Below, one piece after another: positions 14,109 to 25,020 of a stretch of DNA of 64,000 nucleotides. Numbering within the stretch: position 1 is the first letter of the stretch; every line of letters begins with the position of its first letter. The notes under the pieces were generated by a model. The model made no database searches. It had not been told where the DNA came from and was given only the letters and a program-made list of their open reading frames with translations. The stretch is from Mycobacterium sp. (lineage in GTDB: Bacteria > Actinomycetota > Actinomycetes > Mycobacteriales > Mycobacteriaceae). Both the position numbers and the translations under genes were made by a program. The stretch spans positions 188 to 64,187 of the forward strand of contig NZ_PKEK01000010.1 of assembly GCF_002863225.1 (NCBI RefSeq), given 5' to 3'.

Positions 14109-16264
14109 GTGACACCCTGCGCCTGGATCGCGGTGATCGCGACCGTGTTGACGATGTCTTCGACGAGAGCACCCCGTGACAGGTCGTTGACCGGCTTGTT
14201 CAAGCCTTGCAGCACCGGGCCGATCGCGATCGCGCCGGCGCTGCGCTGCACCGCCTTGTAGGCGTTGTTGCCTGAATTGAGATCGGGGAAAATCAGCACG
14301 GTGGCCCGGCCGGCCACCGGGGAGTCGCGCAGCTTGGTGGCCGCGACCGAAGGCTCGACGGCGGCGTCGTACTGGATGGGTCCTTCTACCAGCAGCTCCG
14401 GAGACCGGCTGCGGACCAATCCGGTTGCTTCCCTTACTTTGTCGACATCGGCGCCCGTGCCCGATTCGCCGGTGGAGTACGACAGCATCGCCACCCGCGG
14501 TTCGATGCCGAACTGCGCCGCGGTCTGTGCCCCGCTGATCGCGATGTCGGCGAGCTGGTCGACGGTCGGGTCGGGGACGATCGCGCAGTCGCCGAAGGCC
14601 AGCACCTGATCAGGCAGGCACATCAGGAACACGCTGGACACCGTCGAGATACCGGGCGCGGTGCGGATGATCTCGAAAGCCGGGCGAACGGTGTGCGCCG
14701 TCGTGTGCGCCGCCCCCGACACCATGCCGTCGACCATGCCGTTGTGCACCAACATGGTGCCGAAATACGAGACGTCGTGGATGACCTCGCGGGCCTGCTC
14801 AACGGTGATGCCCTTCTTGGCGCGAAGCTGGGCATACTGCTCGGCGAACTGGTCGCACAGTTCGCTGGTTCGAGGGTCGAACACCGTTGCGTCGTCCACA
14901 TTGACGCCGAGTTCGGCTGCGCGAGCACGGATCTGCTTTTCGTCGCCGAGGATGGTGAGGTCGGCGAGACCGCGCTGCAGCACCCGGCCTGCGGACTTCA
15001 GAATCCGGTCGTCGTCACCCTCCGGCAACACGATGCGCTTGCGGTCCGAGCGGGCCCGTTCGCGCAACTGGTAGGTGAACATCTGCGGTGTGGTCACCTT
15101 GGGAATCGGAATGGCCAACTGCGCCAGCAGATCCGCGAGGTCGACGTGGGTCTCGATCAACTCCAGCGCGGTGTCGATTTTTCGCTGCGACGACGTGGTG
15201 ACTCGGCCGCGGGCCGACCCGACCGCGGTGGCGGTGTCGAAAGTGCCCAGCGTGGTGGCGATGATGGGAAGCCGCAGCCGCAGGCCCGCGACCAGCGCGC
15301 CCGTCGACCGGTGCAGCTCGAGGCCACCGTTGAGAATGATGCATGCCAACGACGGAAACCCGTCGGCGGCATGGGCGCTCGCGACCGCGAGAACCACGTC
15401 GGAGCGGTCGCCGGGGGTAACCACCGCCACGGCCCCATCGAGACGCTCGAGAACATGGTCGGCGGTCATGCCGGCGACCACCACGCCCATCACCTCGCGG
15501 TTCATCAGCGCGCTGTCACCGTTGAGCACGGTGCCGTCGACCGCCGCCTGCAGATCGGCAACCGTCGGTGCCACCAGCAAGGGCTCCTCTGGCACCGCGT
15601 AGGTCTTCGGCGCGAGCGTTCTCAACGCCTCGGTGATCGCAGCCAATTGCGTTGGTTCGCAACGGTTGGCGACGACGGCGGCAGTATGCGCGTGCTGACT
15701 GCTCAGCTCCGTCAGGCACACCTCGACGGCGTGCACCAACTGCTCGGCGCTGCGGCCTTTGGCCCGCATCGCCAGCACCACTGGCGCGCCCAGATTGACC
15801 GCGATGCGCGCGTTGACGCTCAGCTCGGCGGGGCTGGTGACATCGGTGTAGTCGCTACCGACGATGACCACCGCGTCGCACCCGTCGGCCATCGCGTGAT
15901 AGCGCTCGACGATGTCGTCGATCGCGCCGTCACGGTCGGCGTGCAACCGCTGGTAATCGACACCGATACAGTCTTCGTACGGCAGGTCCGCGGTGGCGTG
16001 CGCCAGGAGCAGTTCGAGAATGTAGTCGCGATCACCACCGTCGGCACGCGTGATGGGCCGGAACACACCGACTTTGGCGACGGTGGCGGCCAGCCGATGC
16101 AGGATCCCCAGCGCGATCGCCGACTTGCCGCTGTCACCTTCCGGCGCGGCGATGTAGATGCCGGCCGGCGACGATGCGGGCCGCGTAGAGGCCCGAGGAG
16201 GAACCGGCCCATCAGACCCGGCCGGCCCATCAGACCCGGCCGACTGCGGTGAACTGGAAGGCAC
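14105..16264 (-). CDS. pta: Phosphate acetyltransferase (long form)
   Basis: N-terminal [13 protein letters not shown]-type region; C-terminal [14 protein letters not shown] and [17 protein letters not shown]; overlaps ackA. Confidence 0.96.
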   Translation of the reverse strand: MPSSSPQSAGSDGPAGSDGPVPPRASTRPASSPAGIYIAAPEGDSGKSAIALGILHRLAATVAKVGVFRPITRADGGDRDYILELLLAHATADLPYEDCIGVDYQRLHADRDGAIDDIVERYHAMADGCDAVVIVGSDYTDVTSPAELSVNARIAVNLGAPVVLAMRAKGRSAEQLVHAVEVCLTELSSQHAHTAAVVANRCEPTQLAAITEALRTLAPKTYAVPEEPLLVAPTVADLQAAVDGTVLNGDSALMNREVMGVVVAGMTADHVLERLDGAVAVVTPGDRSDVVLAVASAHAADGFPSLACIILNGGLELHRSTGALVAGLRLRLPIIATTLGTFDTATAVGSARGRVTTSSQRKIDTALELIETHVDLADLLAQLAIPIPKVTTPQMFTYQLRERARSDRKRIVLPEGDDDRILKSAGRVLQRGLADLTILGDEKQIRARAAELGVNVDDATVFDPRTSELCDQFAEQYAQLRAKKGITVEQAREVIHDVSYFGTMLVHNGMVDGMVSGAAHTTAHTVRPAFEIIRTAPGISTVSSVFLMCLPDQVLAFGDCAIVPDPTVDQLADIAISGAQTAAQFGIEPRVAMLSYSTGESGTGADVDKVREATGLVRSRSPELLVEGPIQYDAAVEPSVAATKLRDSPVAGRATVLIFPDLNSGNNAYKAVQRSAGAIAIGPVLQGLNKPVNDLSRGALVEDIVNTVAITAIQAQGVT

Positions 16265-16272
16265 GCCGGGAT

Positions 16273-17283
16273 TCAGCCCAGCCGTCGCAACCGAGGCTCG
16301 AGATCCCGCTGGAACAACTCCAGGAAGCGGCGCTGGTCGTGTCCCGGCGCGTGGAACACCAGGTGGTTGAGGCCCCAGTCGACGTAATCCTTGACCTTGG
16401 CGACGGCCTCGTCGGGATCGGAAGCCACAATCCAGCGCTTGGCGACCTGTTCGATCGGCAGCGCATCGGCAGCCTTCTCCATCTCGATCGGGTCGTCGAT
16501 GCTGTGCTTCTGCTCTGCGGTCAAAGACAGCGGCGCCCAGAATCGGGTGTTCTCCAGCGCCAACTCCGGGTCGGTGTCGTAAGAGATCTTGATTTCGATC
16601 ATCCGGTCGACGTCATCGGGGTTCTTGTCCGCGGCTTCGGCGCCTTCGCGCATGGCGGGGATCAGCTTGTCCTTGTAGAGCTCCTCGCCCTTGCCGGACG
16701 TGCAGATGAATCCGTCACCCGCGCGACCCGCGTACTTGGCCACCTGCGGGCCGCCCGCGGCGATGTAAATCGGGATGCCGCCTTCGGGCACGTCGTAGAT
16801 CGAGGCGCCCTTGGTCTTGTAGTACTCGCCCTCGAAGTCGACCCGGTCGCCCAGCCACAGTTCACGCATCAGCCGAACCGATTCACGCAGCCGGGCGTAG
16901 CGCTCCTTGAACTCCGGCCACTCTCCCTCGTAACCGGTGGCGATCTCGTTGAGCGCCTCACCGGTGCCGACTCCGAGGAAGATCCGGTCCGGGTAGAGGC
17001 AGCCCATGGTGGCGAAGGCCTGCGCGATGACGGCCGGGTTGTACCGGAACGTCGGCGTCAACACCGAAGTGCCGAGCTGAAGCCGCTTGGTGCGCTCCCC
17101 GACGGCGGTCATCCACGCCAATGAGAACGGCGCGTGTCCACCTTCGTGTCGCCACGGTTGAAAGTGGTCGCTGACCGTCGCGCTGTCCATGCCGTGCTCT
17201 TCGGCGGCGACCGCCAGCTCGACGAGTTCCCGCGGGGCGAACTGCTCCGCCGACGCCTTGTATCCGAGTTTGAGTTCAGCCAC
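16273..17283 (-). CDS. fgd1: F420-dependent glucose-6-phosphate dehydrogenase
   Basis: [24 protein letters not shown] and [11 protein letters not shown]; synteny with pta-ackA. Confidence 0.97.
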   Translation of the reverse strand: MAELKLGYKASAEQFAPRELVELAVAAEEHGMDSATVSDHFQPWRHEGGHAPFSLAWMTAVGERTKRLQLGTSVLTPTFRYNPAVIAQAFATMGCLYPDRIFLGVGTGEALNEIATGYEGEWPEFKERYARLRESVRLMRELWLGDRVDFEGEYYKTKGASIYDVPEGGIPIYIAAGGPQVAKYAGRAGDGFICTSGKGEELYKDKLIPAMREGAEAADKNPDDVDRMIEIKISYDTDPELALENTRFWAPLSLTAEQKHSIDDPIEMEKAADALPIEQVAKRWIVASDPDEAVAKVKDYVDWGLNHLVFHAPGHDQRRFLELFQRDLEPRLRRLG

Positions 17284-17339
17284 GATGTCGTTTCTACTCC
17301 ACTCCTTCGGCGCGCGGCCCGGTGCCTAGACTCCGGGAT

Positions 17340-18080
17340 ATGGCACCGGTAGTGAAAGCCGTCACCGAACACGTGCACCTCGCCCAGGGCGGCGCGGTCA
17401 ACTGGACGCTGGTCACCGATGAACGTGGGGTCATCCTGATCGACGCCGGTTATCCGGGTGACCGCGAGGACGTCATCAGCTCGCTGCGCCAACTCGGATA
17501 CCAGCCGGGCGACGTGCGGGCCATTCTGCTGACCCACGCCCACATCGACCACCTGGGTTCGGCGATCTGGTTCGCCAAGGCCCATCACACGCCGGTGTAC
17601 TGCCACGCCGACGAGGTCGGCCACGCCAAGCGCGAGTACCTCGAGCAGGCATCACCGATCGACGTGGCGATGAATCTGTGGCGGCCCCGCTGGGCGCGGT
17701 GGACCGCCCACCTGGTGCGTGACGGCGGGTTGAGCCGCGAGGGAATTCCGAGCACGCTGCCGCTGACCGCCGACGTGGCGGCCACACTGCCGGGCAACCC
17801 GATGGCCATCCCGACGCCGGGCCACACCGGCGGGCACTGCTCGTATCTGGTCGACGGAGTGCTGGTCAGTGGTGACGCACTGGTCACCGGACACGCCCTG
17901 CTGGCCCGGAGCGGCCCGCAGCTGTTGCCGGAATTGTTCAGCCACGACCAGGCCGGCTGCATCCGCAGCCTCGCCGCGCTCGCCCTGCTCGACACCGAAC
18001 TCCTGGTGCCCGGCCACGGCGATTTATGGCGCGGTCCGATCCGCGAAGCCACCGAGCGGGCTGCCGCGCTGGCGCGCTGA
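17340..18080 (+). CDS. MBL-fold metallo-hydrolase (Rv0406c-like)
   Basis: THAHIDHLG, PGHTGGH, GDAL and PGHG. Confidence 0.9.
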   Translation: MAPVVKAVTEHVHLAQGGAVNWTLVTDERGVILIDAGYPGDREDVISSLRQLGYQPGDVRAILLTHAHIDHLGSAIWFAKAHHTPVYCHADEVGHAKREYLEQASPIDVAMNLWRPRWARWTAHLVRDGGLSREGIPSTLPLTADVAATLPGNPMAIPTPGHTGGHCSYLVDGVLVSGDALVTGHALLARSGPQLLPELFSHDQAGCIRSLAALALLDTELLVPGHGDLWRGPIREATERAAALAR

Positions 18081-18308
18081 CCGGTCACAATCGGATCACG
18101 TAGCCATCAGAATTCTTTAAGAGACGCGTACGTAGTCTAAGAGAAATTCGCTCCCCGCGGCCTCGTGTGCACCGCAGCTCACATCCATAGCCCGAATTGC
18201 CGTTGCGGCAATGGTTTCCGGCGATGCGGCCCGCCAGGTCTCACGTACCTTGGTCTATAGGTCCTCGGCAACCTGTACTCACAGTGCGACCTAAAGGAAA
18301 AACACATC

Positions 18309-18701
18309 ATGAAATTCAGTGGCAAATCCGCGCGCCGCAATGCCGTTGGCTGCTGCTCGCTGCTCGCCGGTCTGGCTGCAAGCGCCGTCGTCGCGCCGAC
18401 AGCCTGGGCGGCTCCAGACTGCAGCGCCGCCGGTGTCTCGAACACAGTGAGCGCGGTGACGGGCTCGGCTTCGCAGTACCTGAACAACCACCCGGGAGCT
18501 GACGCGGTCGTCACCGCCGCGAGGAATCAGCCGCGCGGCCAGGCAGCGACAGATCTGCGTAACTATTTCACCGCGCACCCGCAGGAGTACGTCGAATTGC
18601 GAGGCATTCTCGCGCCCATCGGTGACACCCAGCGACAGTGCAACACCTCGGTGCTGTCGCCCGATCTGGAGTCGGCCTACAACGAGTTCATGGCCGGCTG
18701 A
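18309..18701 (+). CDS. Secreted hemophore-related protein (Rv0203 family)
   Basis: Signal peptide, AAPDCS, YLNNHP, DLRNYFTAHP and RQCN. Confidence 0.8.
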   Translation: MKFSGKSARRNAVGCCSLLAGLAASAVVAPTAWAAPDCSAAGVSNTVSAVTGSASQYLNNHPGADAVVTAARNQPRGQAATDLRNYFTAHPQEYVELRGILAPIGDTQRQCNTSVLSPDLESAYNEFMAG

Positions 18702-18794
18702 GGCCACCCATTACCGAAATCGACGCTGGCGTTCGAACGTTCGAGAAAGACCCGCGCTAACGTCGATCTCGGCGCCGAAGATCGCTGAAAGTCG

Positions 18795-20129
18795 CTAGAG
18801 CCCGAGATGCTCGCGAAGCGTGGTGCCGCCGTATTCGGTACGGAACCCTGAGCGTTCCTGCAGCAGTGGCACCACGCTGTCGACGAATTCGTCGAGTCCG
18901 TGCGGGGTCAGGTGCGGAATGAAGATGAATCCGTCACAAGCATCGGCCTGGATGTAGCGGTCGATCTCGGCGGCCACGTGCTCGGCGGTTCCGACGAACT
19001 GCTCCCGGCTGGAAACCGCGATGATCAGCTCTCGAATCGAAAGGCCCTGTGCTTCAGCACGTTCACGGTAACGACGGGCGACCTCGATCGGATCTCCGTG
19101 TCGGACCCGGCCCTGGGTGATGCCGACGTCGCCAGTCGGGTCGTCGCTCGGCAGCGGGCCGTCCGGGTCAAAGTCCGAGAGGTCACGGCCCCACACTTGC
19201 TCCAGCATCGCAATCGCCGTCGGTCCGCTGATCTGCTGACGGCGGATGACTCGCGCCTTCTCCTGCGCGTCCGCCGCGCTGTCACCCAGGACGAAGGTCG
19301 CAGCGGGAAACACCCTGAGCTCGTCGGGGTCTCGGCCGAACGACGCCGTCCGCCTCTTGACGTCCGCGTAATAACGCTGCCCGTCTTCCAGCGATCCGTG
19401 CAAGGTGAACAACGCATCGGCATAGTGCGCGCCGAAGTTACGGCCTTCGTCGGAGTCGCCGGCCTGCAACAGAATTGGATGTCCCTGCGGGCCACTGGGC
19501 AGAGTGGCGACCCCACGTACGTCGAAGTGCGAACCATGATGCTCGACGACGCCGATCCGATCAGGTTCGGCGTAGACACCGGCATTGACGTCAGCACGGA
19601 CGGCGTCCGGCGCCCAGCTGTCCCAGAATTTCCGCGTCACCGCGAGGAACTCCTCGGCCCGCTGGTATCGGTCGGCATGGCCGAGGAATCCGCCGCGCCG
19701 GAAGTTCTCCCCGGTGAAGGCGTCTGACGAGGTGACGATGTTCCAGCCCGCTCGACCGTCGGACAACTGGTCCAGGGTGGCGAATTGCCTTGCAACCTCG
19801 AACGGTTCGTTGAAGGTCGTGTTGATCGTCCCGGTCAGGCCGAGTCGGTCGGTGACCGCGGCCAGCGCCGCCAGCACGGTGAAGGTGTCTGGGCGGCCCA
19901 CCACGTCGTGGTCATAGATCAGGCCCCGGTGCTCACGCAGTCGCAGTCCCTCGGCCAGAAAGAAGAAGTCGAACAAGCCGCGTTCCGCGGTGCGGGCCAT
20001 GTGCGCGAACGACTCGAACTCGATCTGGCTGCCCGACTGCGGATCGGTCCACACCGTGGTGCTGTTGACGCCCGGAAAATGGGCTGCCAGATGAATAGGT
20101 TTGCGCTGATTGCCCTCTCGGATACTCAT
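18795..20129 (-). CDS. NtaA/DmoA family FMN-dependent monooxygenase
   Basis: HLAAHFPG, AERGLFDFFFLAEG, LSDGRAGWNIVTS and QAGDSDEGR. Confidence 0.92.
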   Translation of the reverse strand: MSIREGNQRKPIHLAAHFPGVNSTTVWTDPQSGSQIEFESFAHMARTAERGLFDFFFLAEGLRLREHRGLIYDHDVVGRPDTFTVLAALAAVTDRLGLTGTINTTFNEPFEVARQFATLDQLSDGRAGWNIVTSSDAFTGENFRRGGFLGHADRYQRAEEFLAVTRKFWDSWAPDAVRADVNAGVYAEPDRIGVVEHHGSHFDVRGVATLPSGPQGHPILLQAGDSDEGRNFGAHYADALFTLHGSLEDGQRYYADVKRRTASFGRDPDELRVFPAATFVLGDSAADAQEKARVIRRQQISGPTAIAMLEQVWGRDLSDFDPDGPLPSDDPTGDVGITQGRVRHGDPIEVARRYRERAEAQGLSIRELIIAVSSREQFVGTAEHVAAEIDRYIQADACDGFIFIPHLTPHGLDEFVDSVVPLLQERSGFRTEYGGTTLREHLGL

Positions 20130-21247
20130 CCACCGATACCCCAGCGCTTGGCAAGTAGTTCGTGCGAACGCAGACGGGCCTGATGGTCATGCGTTACCGA
20201 GGTGACGACGAGTTCGTCGGCACCGCTGAGACGCTGCAACGCCGACAGGCGTTCGGCCACCTCATCAGGGTCACCGACGAACTGGGTCTCCAGCCGGTCC
20301 TTGACCACCGGCAGCTGCTCTTCGGTCAACGGCGCAGTGTCACCGGGCGCCGGGTAGGGCACCGCACCAACACCGGTACGGATCGAATACACCCACTGCC
20401 CATAGCCGGACGCGAGTTCCCTTGCGGTGGCGGTGTCATCGGCGACCACTACGTCGGCGGACACCACGACGTAGGGCTCTTTCAGCGTTGCCGACGGAAC
20501 GAAGGTGTCCCGGTAGGCCTCGATGGCTTCCAGCGCGGTCGCCGGCGTGATGTGGTAACTCGCGACGAACGGCAGGCCGTGCGCACCGGCAAGTCGCCCA
20601 CTCTGGCCCCGGGTACTGCCAAAGATCCACGGCGCCAATCCCGATTGCTCGCCCGGCACCGCGTGCACATCGAAACCGTCCACTCGGTAACTGCCGTCGA
20701 GCATTGCCAGGATGTCGCCGAGTTGATCGGCGAAGTCGGGTGCCACCGCCTCCGGCTGTTGCAGGACGCCCATGGTGGCCAGAACACGCTCGGTGTCGAG
20801 CAGCCCTTGCAGGTTGAAGGGCAGCGGTATCACCACACCGTCGACCTCGCGCCACTGGCGGGGTGGGCGGTCCTTGCTCGACGGGTGCTTGGGTTTGAAA
20901 CCGGTGTCGCGGCGCTGACCACGACCCAGGCCGAGGTCGATGCGGTCCGGGTAGAACGCGCCCAGTGTGCCGAAGCTTTCGACGACCGCCGCGGCGGTGG
21001 TGTGGCCGAGCTGGACCGCGGCCGATCCGACCCGAATCGTGTTGGTGGCCGCGGCGATCTGCCCGATCAGCACCGCGGGCGCCGAGCTGGCAACCCCGAC
21101 GAAGTGGTGCTCGGCGATCCAGTAACGGCGATACCCCCACCGCTCCGCGTGCTGGGCCAGGTCGATGGTGTTGCGCAATGCTGTCGCAGCGTCGCTGCCG
21201 GCACTGATCGGTGACAGGTCCAGGACGGACAGGGGTGTGAGAGTCAC
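20126..21247 (-). CDS. LLM-class flavin-dependent oxidoreductase (YtmO/CmoO-like)
   Basis: [25 protein letters not shown] and RIDLGLGR. Confidence 0.88.
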   Translation of the reverse strand: MTLTPLSVLDLSPISAGSDAATALRNTIDLAQHAERWGYRRYWIAEHHFVGVASSAPAVLIGQIAAATNTIRVGSAAVQLGHTTAAAVVESFGTLGAFYPDRIDLGLGRGQRRDTGFKPKHPSSKDRPPRQWREVDGVVIPLPFNLQGLLDTERVLATMGVLQQPEAVAPDFADQLGDILAMLDGSYRVDGFDVHAVPGEQSGLAPWIFGSTRGQSGRLAGAHGLPFVASYHITPATALEAIEAYRDTFVPSATLKEPYVVVSADVVVADDTATARELASGYGQWVYSIRTGVGAVPYPAPGDTAPLTEEQLPVVKDRLETQFVGDPDEVAERLSALQRLSGADELVVTSVTHDHQARLRSHELLAKRWGIGG

Positions 21248-22353
21248 GAGTTCACTTCCGCATAGCGGTTGGGCGCAATGGGCAGGCCGAGTCGTTGCCG
21301 TAACGTCTCGCCCGGTTTGTAGGTCGTACGAAATCGGTTGGCCCGCTGCAACAGCGGCACCACGTCGTCGACGATGACCGGAAGGTCTGTGACGTTGACG
21401 GCCGGCCGCAACCGCGCGCCGTCGATACCGCGCTGCTGCCAGGCGAGCAGCAGCTCGACCACGTCGGCCGGACTCCCGTCAAAAATCAAGGCATCCGAAC
21501 CGAATCCGGTGTCACCACCGAACGTCACAACCAGGTCGGCGTACACCTTGAGACCCTGTCCGCCGGCCGACTTGACCTCGTCGAGGATCGCGTCGAGTGA
21601 GACGTCGTCAGTGGGCGTCACGAACACCAGATCAGCGCTGGACGCGGCAAACTCATAGATGCGCGGCCCGTGCGCCAGGGCAGCGACCACCGGCTGGCCT
21701 TGCGGTGGGCGCGGGGTGATCGACGGACCCTTCACCGAGAAGTGCTTGCCGCGAAAATCGATGTAATGCAACTTTTCCCGGTCGATGTAACGCGCCGTCG
21801 CGGCGTCGCGAATGATCGCGTCATCCTCCCAGCTGTCCCACAATCGGCGGACCACCTCGACGACATCGGCGGCCTCATCGAACAGTTCGTCGCCATCTGC
21901 GGGGGCATCGCGCCGTCCGAACAATGCGGCCTCATGTGCGGCCGAACTGACCCGCGGCTGCCAGCCCGCCCGGCCGTGCGACACATGGTCCAGCGTCGCG
22001 ATGGCTTTGGATAGGTGGAAGGGCTCGGTGTGGGTGACGGTAGCCACCGGGATCAGCCCGATGTGCTCGGTGACCGGCGCGATCCGCGCGGCGACCAGTA
22101 CCGCGTCGGCGCGCCCGGCCAGCCGCCGCGGGCTGACCGGCTCGCGCCGTCCCGGTTGGGGTTGCAGGCTGTCGTCGATGGTGAGGAAGTCCAGCAGACC
22201 CCGCTCGGCAGTGGCCGCAAGACCGGACCAATAACGACCGGACAGCACCGACTCCGTCGCAGGATCACCGGCCAGCGTGGGACGCCACGCATGCGGGTGC
22301 CACCCGTAGCCGTCCAGGGCAACCCCGAGGTGCAACGGGTGGCCTGTACTCAC
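21244..22353 (-). CDS. LLM-class flavin-dependent oxidoreductase (NtaA-like)
   Basis: [31 protein letters not shown] and PRPPQGQP. Confidence 0.88.
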   Translation of the reverse strand: MSTGHPLHLGVALDGYGWHPHAWRPTLAGDPATESVLSGRYWSGLAATAERGLLDFLTIDDSLQPQPGRREPVSPRRLAGRADAVLVAARIAPVTEHIGLIPVATVTHTEPFHLSKAIATLDHVSHGRAGWQPRVSSAAHEAALFGRRDAPADGDELFDEAADVVEVVRRLWDSWEDDAIIRDAATARYIDREKLHYIDFRGKHFSVKGPSITPRPPQGQPVVAALAHGPRIYEFAASSADLVFVTPTDDVSLDAILDEVKSAGGQGLKVYADLVVTFGGDTGFGSDALIFDGSPADVVELLLAWQQRGIDGARLRPAVNVTDLPVIVDDVVPLLQRANRFRTTYKPGETLRQRLGLPIAPNRYAEVNS

Positions 22354-22853
22354 GACAAGACCTTGACGAACGCGATCGGAAACACCGGGCCGCGCGCGGG
22401 CAGGGGTGCCGGAAGTCGGGTGTATCCGGTGGATACGTAGAGCGCCTCGGCCTCCGGCTGGCGGTGACCGGTCGTCAGATAAACCCGCCGATAACCGCGC
22501 TGGGCAATGACGTTCTCCAATTCCACCAGCAGCGCGGTGGCATAACCCGCGCGCCGATGCTCCCGGCCGGTCCAGATCCGCTTGAGCTCGGCGGTCTGCG
22601 CGTCGAAGCGCTGAAACGCGCCGCCGGTAACCGCGACGCCGTCCACCTCGCCGATCAGGAAACCGCCGTCGGGGGGCGCGAACTCCGCGGCCGGGACCGA
22701 CTTCAACCAGGCCATGACGGTTGGTGTCGTGCTCTCGTAGCGCTGGGCGTACTCCACCGCCAACTCGTCCAGCAGTGGTTTGGCCCTCGGGTCGTCCGCA
22801 GTCACCGTCACGAAGCGGAGCTGCTGGGCGGGCGTGATAGGTGACGGCATCAC
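22350..22853 (-). CDS. GNAT family N-acetyltransferase
   Basis: AELKRIWT, RRAGYATALL, LTTGHRQPEAEALY and GY. Confidence 0.88.
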   Translation of the reverse strand: MMPSPITPAQQLRFVTVTADDPRAKPLLDELAVEYAQRYESTTPTVMAWLKSVPAAEFAPPDGGFLIGEVDGVAVTGGAFQRFDAQTAELKRIWTGREHRRAGYATALLVELENVIAQRGYRRVYLTTGHRQPEAEALYVSTGYTRLPAPLPARGPVFPIAFVKVLS

Positions 22854-22894
22854 TTCATTTCTAACGTCTCGCTGTCGACCGCATTCCAGCGCGG

Positions 22895-23800
22895 CTACGT
22901 GAGGAATGCCCGGACGTAGCGGCCGGCAACCGGCACGCCCTTCAAGTCCTGACGGCGCAAGCCCGGTAGCCCGGTCGCGGTGAACAGATTCTCGAGCTCG
23001 GTCACCACCGTTCTCCAGCCGAGCGCCGCCAGCGACTCCGCGGCGTCGTGCTGCTCTCCGGAGTGTGTCAGTTCGGCCATGTTGCCCCGGTACCCGAACC
23101 GTCGCCAGCGCTTCGCCAGCGCGTGCTCCTGGCTCAGCAACGGGGGTTGCCGCTCGGGAACATAGTCCGCTGCGGCTCGGCTTCCGGGGGCGCTCAACGC
23201 CGTGACATTGTCAAGCAACCGGTCCTGAGCGGCCGGCTTGAGGAACCCGATCAGCAGACCCTCGGCAATCCAGACCGTCGGCTGGGCGGCATCGAAGCCG
23301 ATCCGGCGCAGCGCCTCCGGCCAATCCTGGCGTAGGTCGACACCTACGGCCCGTCGGTTGGCGGTCGGAGTGGCCTCGAGTGCACGCAGTGTCTGGGTCT
23401 TGAAATCGATCACCCGCGGTTGGTCCAGTTCGTAGACGGTGGTGCCGGCGGGCCACCACATCCGGTACGGCCGCGCATCCAACCCCGAGGCCAGGATCAC
23501 CGCCTGTCGGATTCCGGCCCGGCAGGCATCGGTGAGGAAGTTGTCGAAAAACCGCGTCCGGACCGCGAAAAGGTCTGTCAGCAAAGCCATTCCGTTGTCA
23601 TCGCCGAGATCACTGAGGGCCAGTTCGCCGGTGGCCACCTTGGTGAAGAAGTCCACCCCGACAGCGCGGACCAATGGCTCGGCGAAGGGGTCGCTGATCA
23701 ACCCGGCCCGGTTGGCCAGCGCCCTGGCGGTCGCCACCAAAGTGGCGGTGGTTCCGACGCTGGTGGCCGGCCCCCAGGTATCGCTGTCGGTCCGGGCCAT
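22895..23800 (-). CDS. Mycobacterial SAM-dependent methyltransferase (Rv0726c/LCM family)
   Basis: MARTDSDTW.PATSVGTTA, RTRFFD, QAVILASGLDAR and AEGLL. Confidence 0.92.
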   Translation of the reverse strand: MARTDSDTWGPATSVGTTATLVATARALANRAGLISDPFAEPLVRAVGVDFFTKVATGELALSDLGDDNGMALLTDLFAVRTRFFDNFLTDACRAGIRQAVILASGLDARPYRMWWPAGTTVYELDQPRVIDFKTQTLRALEATPTANRRAVGVDLRQDWPEALRRIGFDAAQPTVWIAEGLLIGFLKPAAQDRLLDNVTALSAPGSRAAADYVPERQPPLLSQEHALAKRWRRFGYRGNMAELTHSGEQHDAAESLAALGWRTVVTELENLFTATGLPGLRRQDLKGVPVAGRYVRAFLT

Positions 23801-23802
23801 GG

Positions 23803-24177
23803 TCAGACCGACCCCGCCCGGCGCAGTCCGGACCGCGCGATCACACGCCATCCGAGCAGCAGAAGGGCCGTGACCGTCGAGGCAACCACGATGAAACCGC
23901 CGGCCACGCTCGCGGAGGTGATTTTGCGCAACAGCATCCCGATCGCGACCGTGCACAGCCACACCAGGACCCCGGTCGGATAGACCGCGGTAGGCCGGCG
24001 CCAGGCCTGCGACAACAGCCATCCGACCGCAGTCCCGCTCAGAAACGGCCACGAAGTGGAGGCGATGCCGGCCACGTTCAGACCCTCATCGTGACTGCGC
24101 CGTCCCACGGCGCAAAACACCAAGACACAGACGACATCAATGCCCAGCCAGGCCGGACTCCGTCGCTGATGCGCCAT
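23803..24177 (-). CDS. DUF3054 family membrane protein (Rv0401-like)
   Basis: FCAVGRRSH, WPFL, TVAIGMLLR and F..VAS; four TM segments. Confidence 0.8.
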   Translation of the reverse strand: MAHQRRSPAWLGIDVVCVLVFCAVGRRSHDEGLNVAGIASTSWPFLSGTAVGWLLSQAWRRPTAVYPTGVLVWLCTVAIGMLLRKITSASVAGGFIVVASTVTALLLLGWRVIARSGLRRAGSV

Positions 24178-24217
24178 CCGACGAGGTTACCGGGCGACTC
24201 GGTCAGCAACTCGGTTC

Positions 24218-24243
24218 GGGTTGACCATCTCGCTGCCTGGGTA
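24218..24243 (+). promoter_or_regulatory. SigF-type promoter upstream of dps
   Basis: GGGTT-N16-GGGTA. Confidence 0.55.
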
Positions 24244-24305
24244 CACCGCACCTAGACCAAAGCGCCCCGCGACCAGTTGGTGAGCGCATTCCAGGGTCGA
24301 TAACG

Positions 24306-24866
24306 ATGGGAATTCTTATGTCACGCTTTACAATTCCGGGTCTTTCCGACTCACAAGGCGAGGACGTCGCGGCGCTGCTGCAGAAGCAGCTCAGCGCTTA
24401 CAACGATCTGCACCTGACCCTGAAGCACGTTCATTGGAATGTCGTGGGACCCAGTTTTATTGGCGTGCATGAAATGCTCGATCCCCAAGTGACGCTGGTG
24501 CGGGGCTATGCCGACGAGGTAGCCGAGCGTATCGCCACGCTGGGTGCGTCACCGAAGGGCACCCCGGGCGCGATCATCGAAGACCGGACCTGGAACGACT
24601 ACTCGTTGGGGCGCGACGTCACCGGTGCGCACATGGCGGCTCTCGATCTGGTGTACGCGGGCATCATCGAAGACACCCGTAAGCACATCACCCGGCTCGA
24701 GGATCTGGACCTGGTCACACAAGACCTTCTGATCGCGCACGCCACCAAACTGGAGAAGTTCCAGTGGTTCATTCGCGCACACCTCGAGAACGCCGGTGGC
24801 AGCCTGAGCAATGCGGGGGCCAAGACCGAGAAGGCTGCGGCGCGCGCTGCGGTCGACGCCGCTTAG
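24306..24866 (+). CDS. dps: Dps DNA starvation/stationary phase protection protein
   Basis: LHLTLKHVHWNVVG, HEMLD, DEVAERIATLG and LEKFQWF. Confidence 0.95.
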   Translation: MGILMSRFTIPGLSDSQGEDVAALLQKQLSAYNDLHLTLKHVHWNVVGPSFIGVHEMLDPQVTLVRGYADEVAERIATLGASPKGTPGAIIEDRTWNDYSLGRDVTGAHMAALDLVYAGIIEDTRKHITRLEDLDLVTQDLLIAHATKLEKFQWFIRAHLENAGGSLSNAGAKTEKAAARAAVDAA

Positions 24867-24932
24867 CCAAGCGAAAACCCTTACATTTCAATAAATTCAG
24901 CGTTGATGACATTAGTCACAACGCTGATTACC

Positions 24933-24958
24933 CGGTTACCTTATGCGGTTGCAGGGTA
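24933..24958 (+). promoter_or_regulatory. SigF-type promoter upstream of the ferritin-like gene
   Basis: CGGTT-N16-GGGTA. Confidence 0.5.
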
Positions 24959-25020
24959 ACCCATACACGAGGTGCCATGCACCGATCGACTCATACAATC
25001 CCTAGAGGAGCAATTAGTAC

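Noticed and set aside
14693-16252. Long + strand ORFs opposite pta (similar cases: 46358..47935, 48815..50194, 54322..55854, 55649..56971, 62557..63774)
   Set aside because: Antisense shadows of well-conserved genes, common in high-GC DNA; no motifs.
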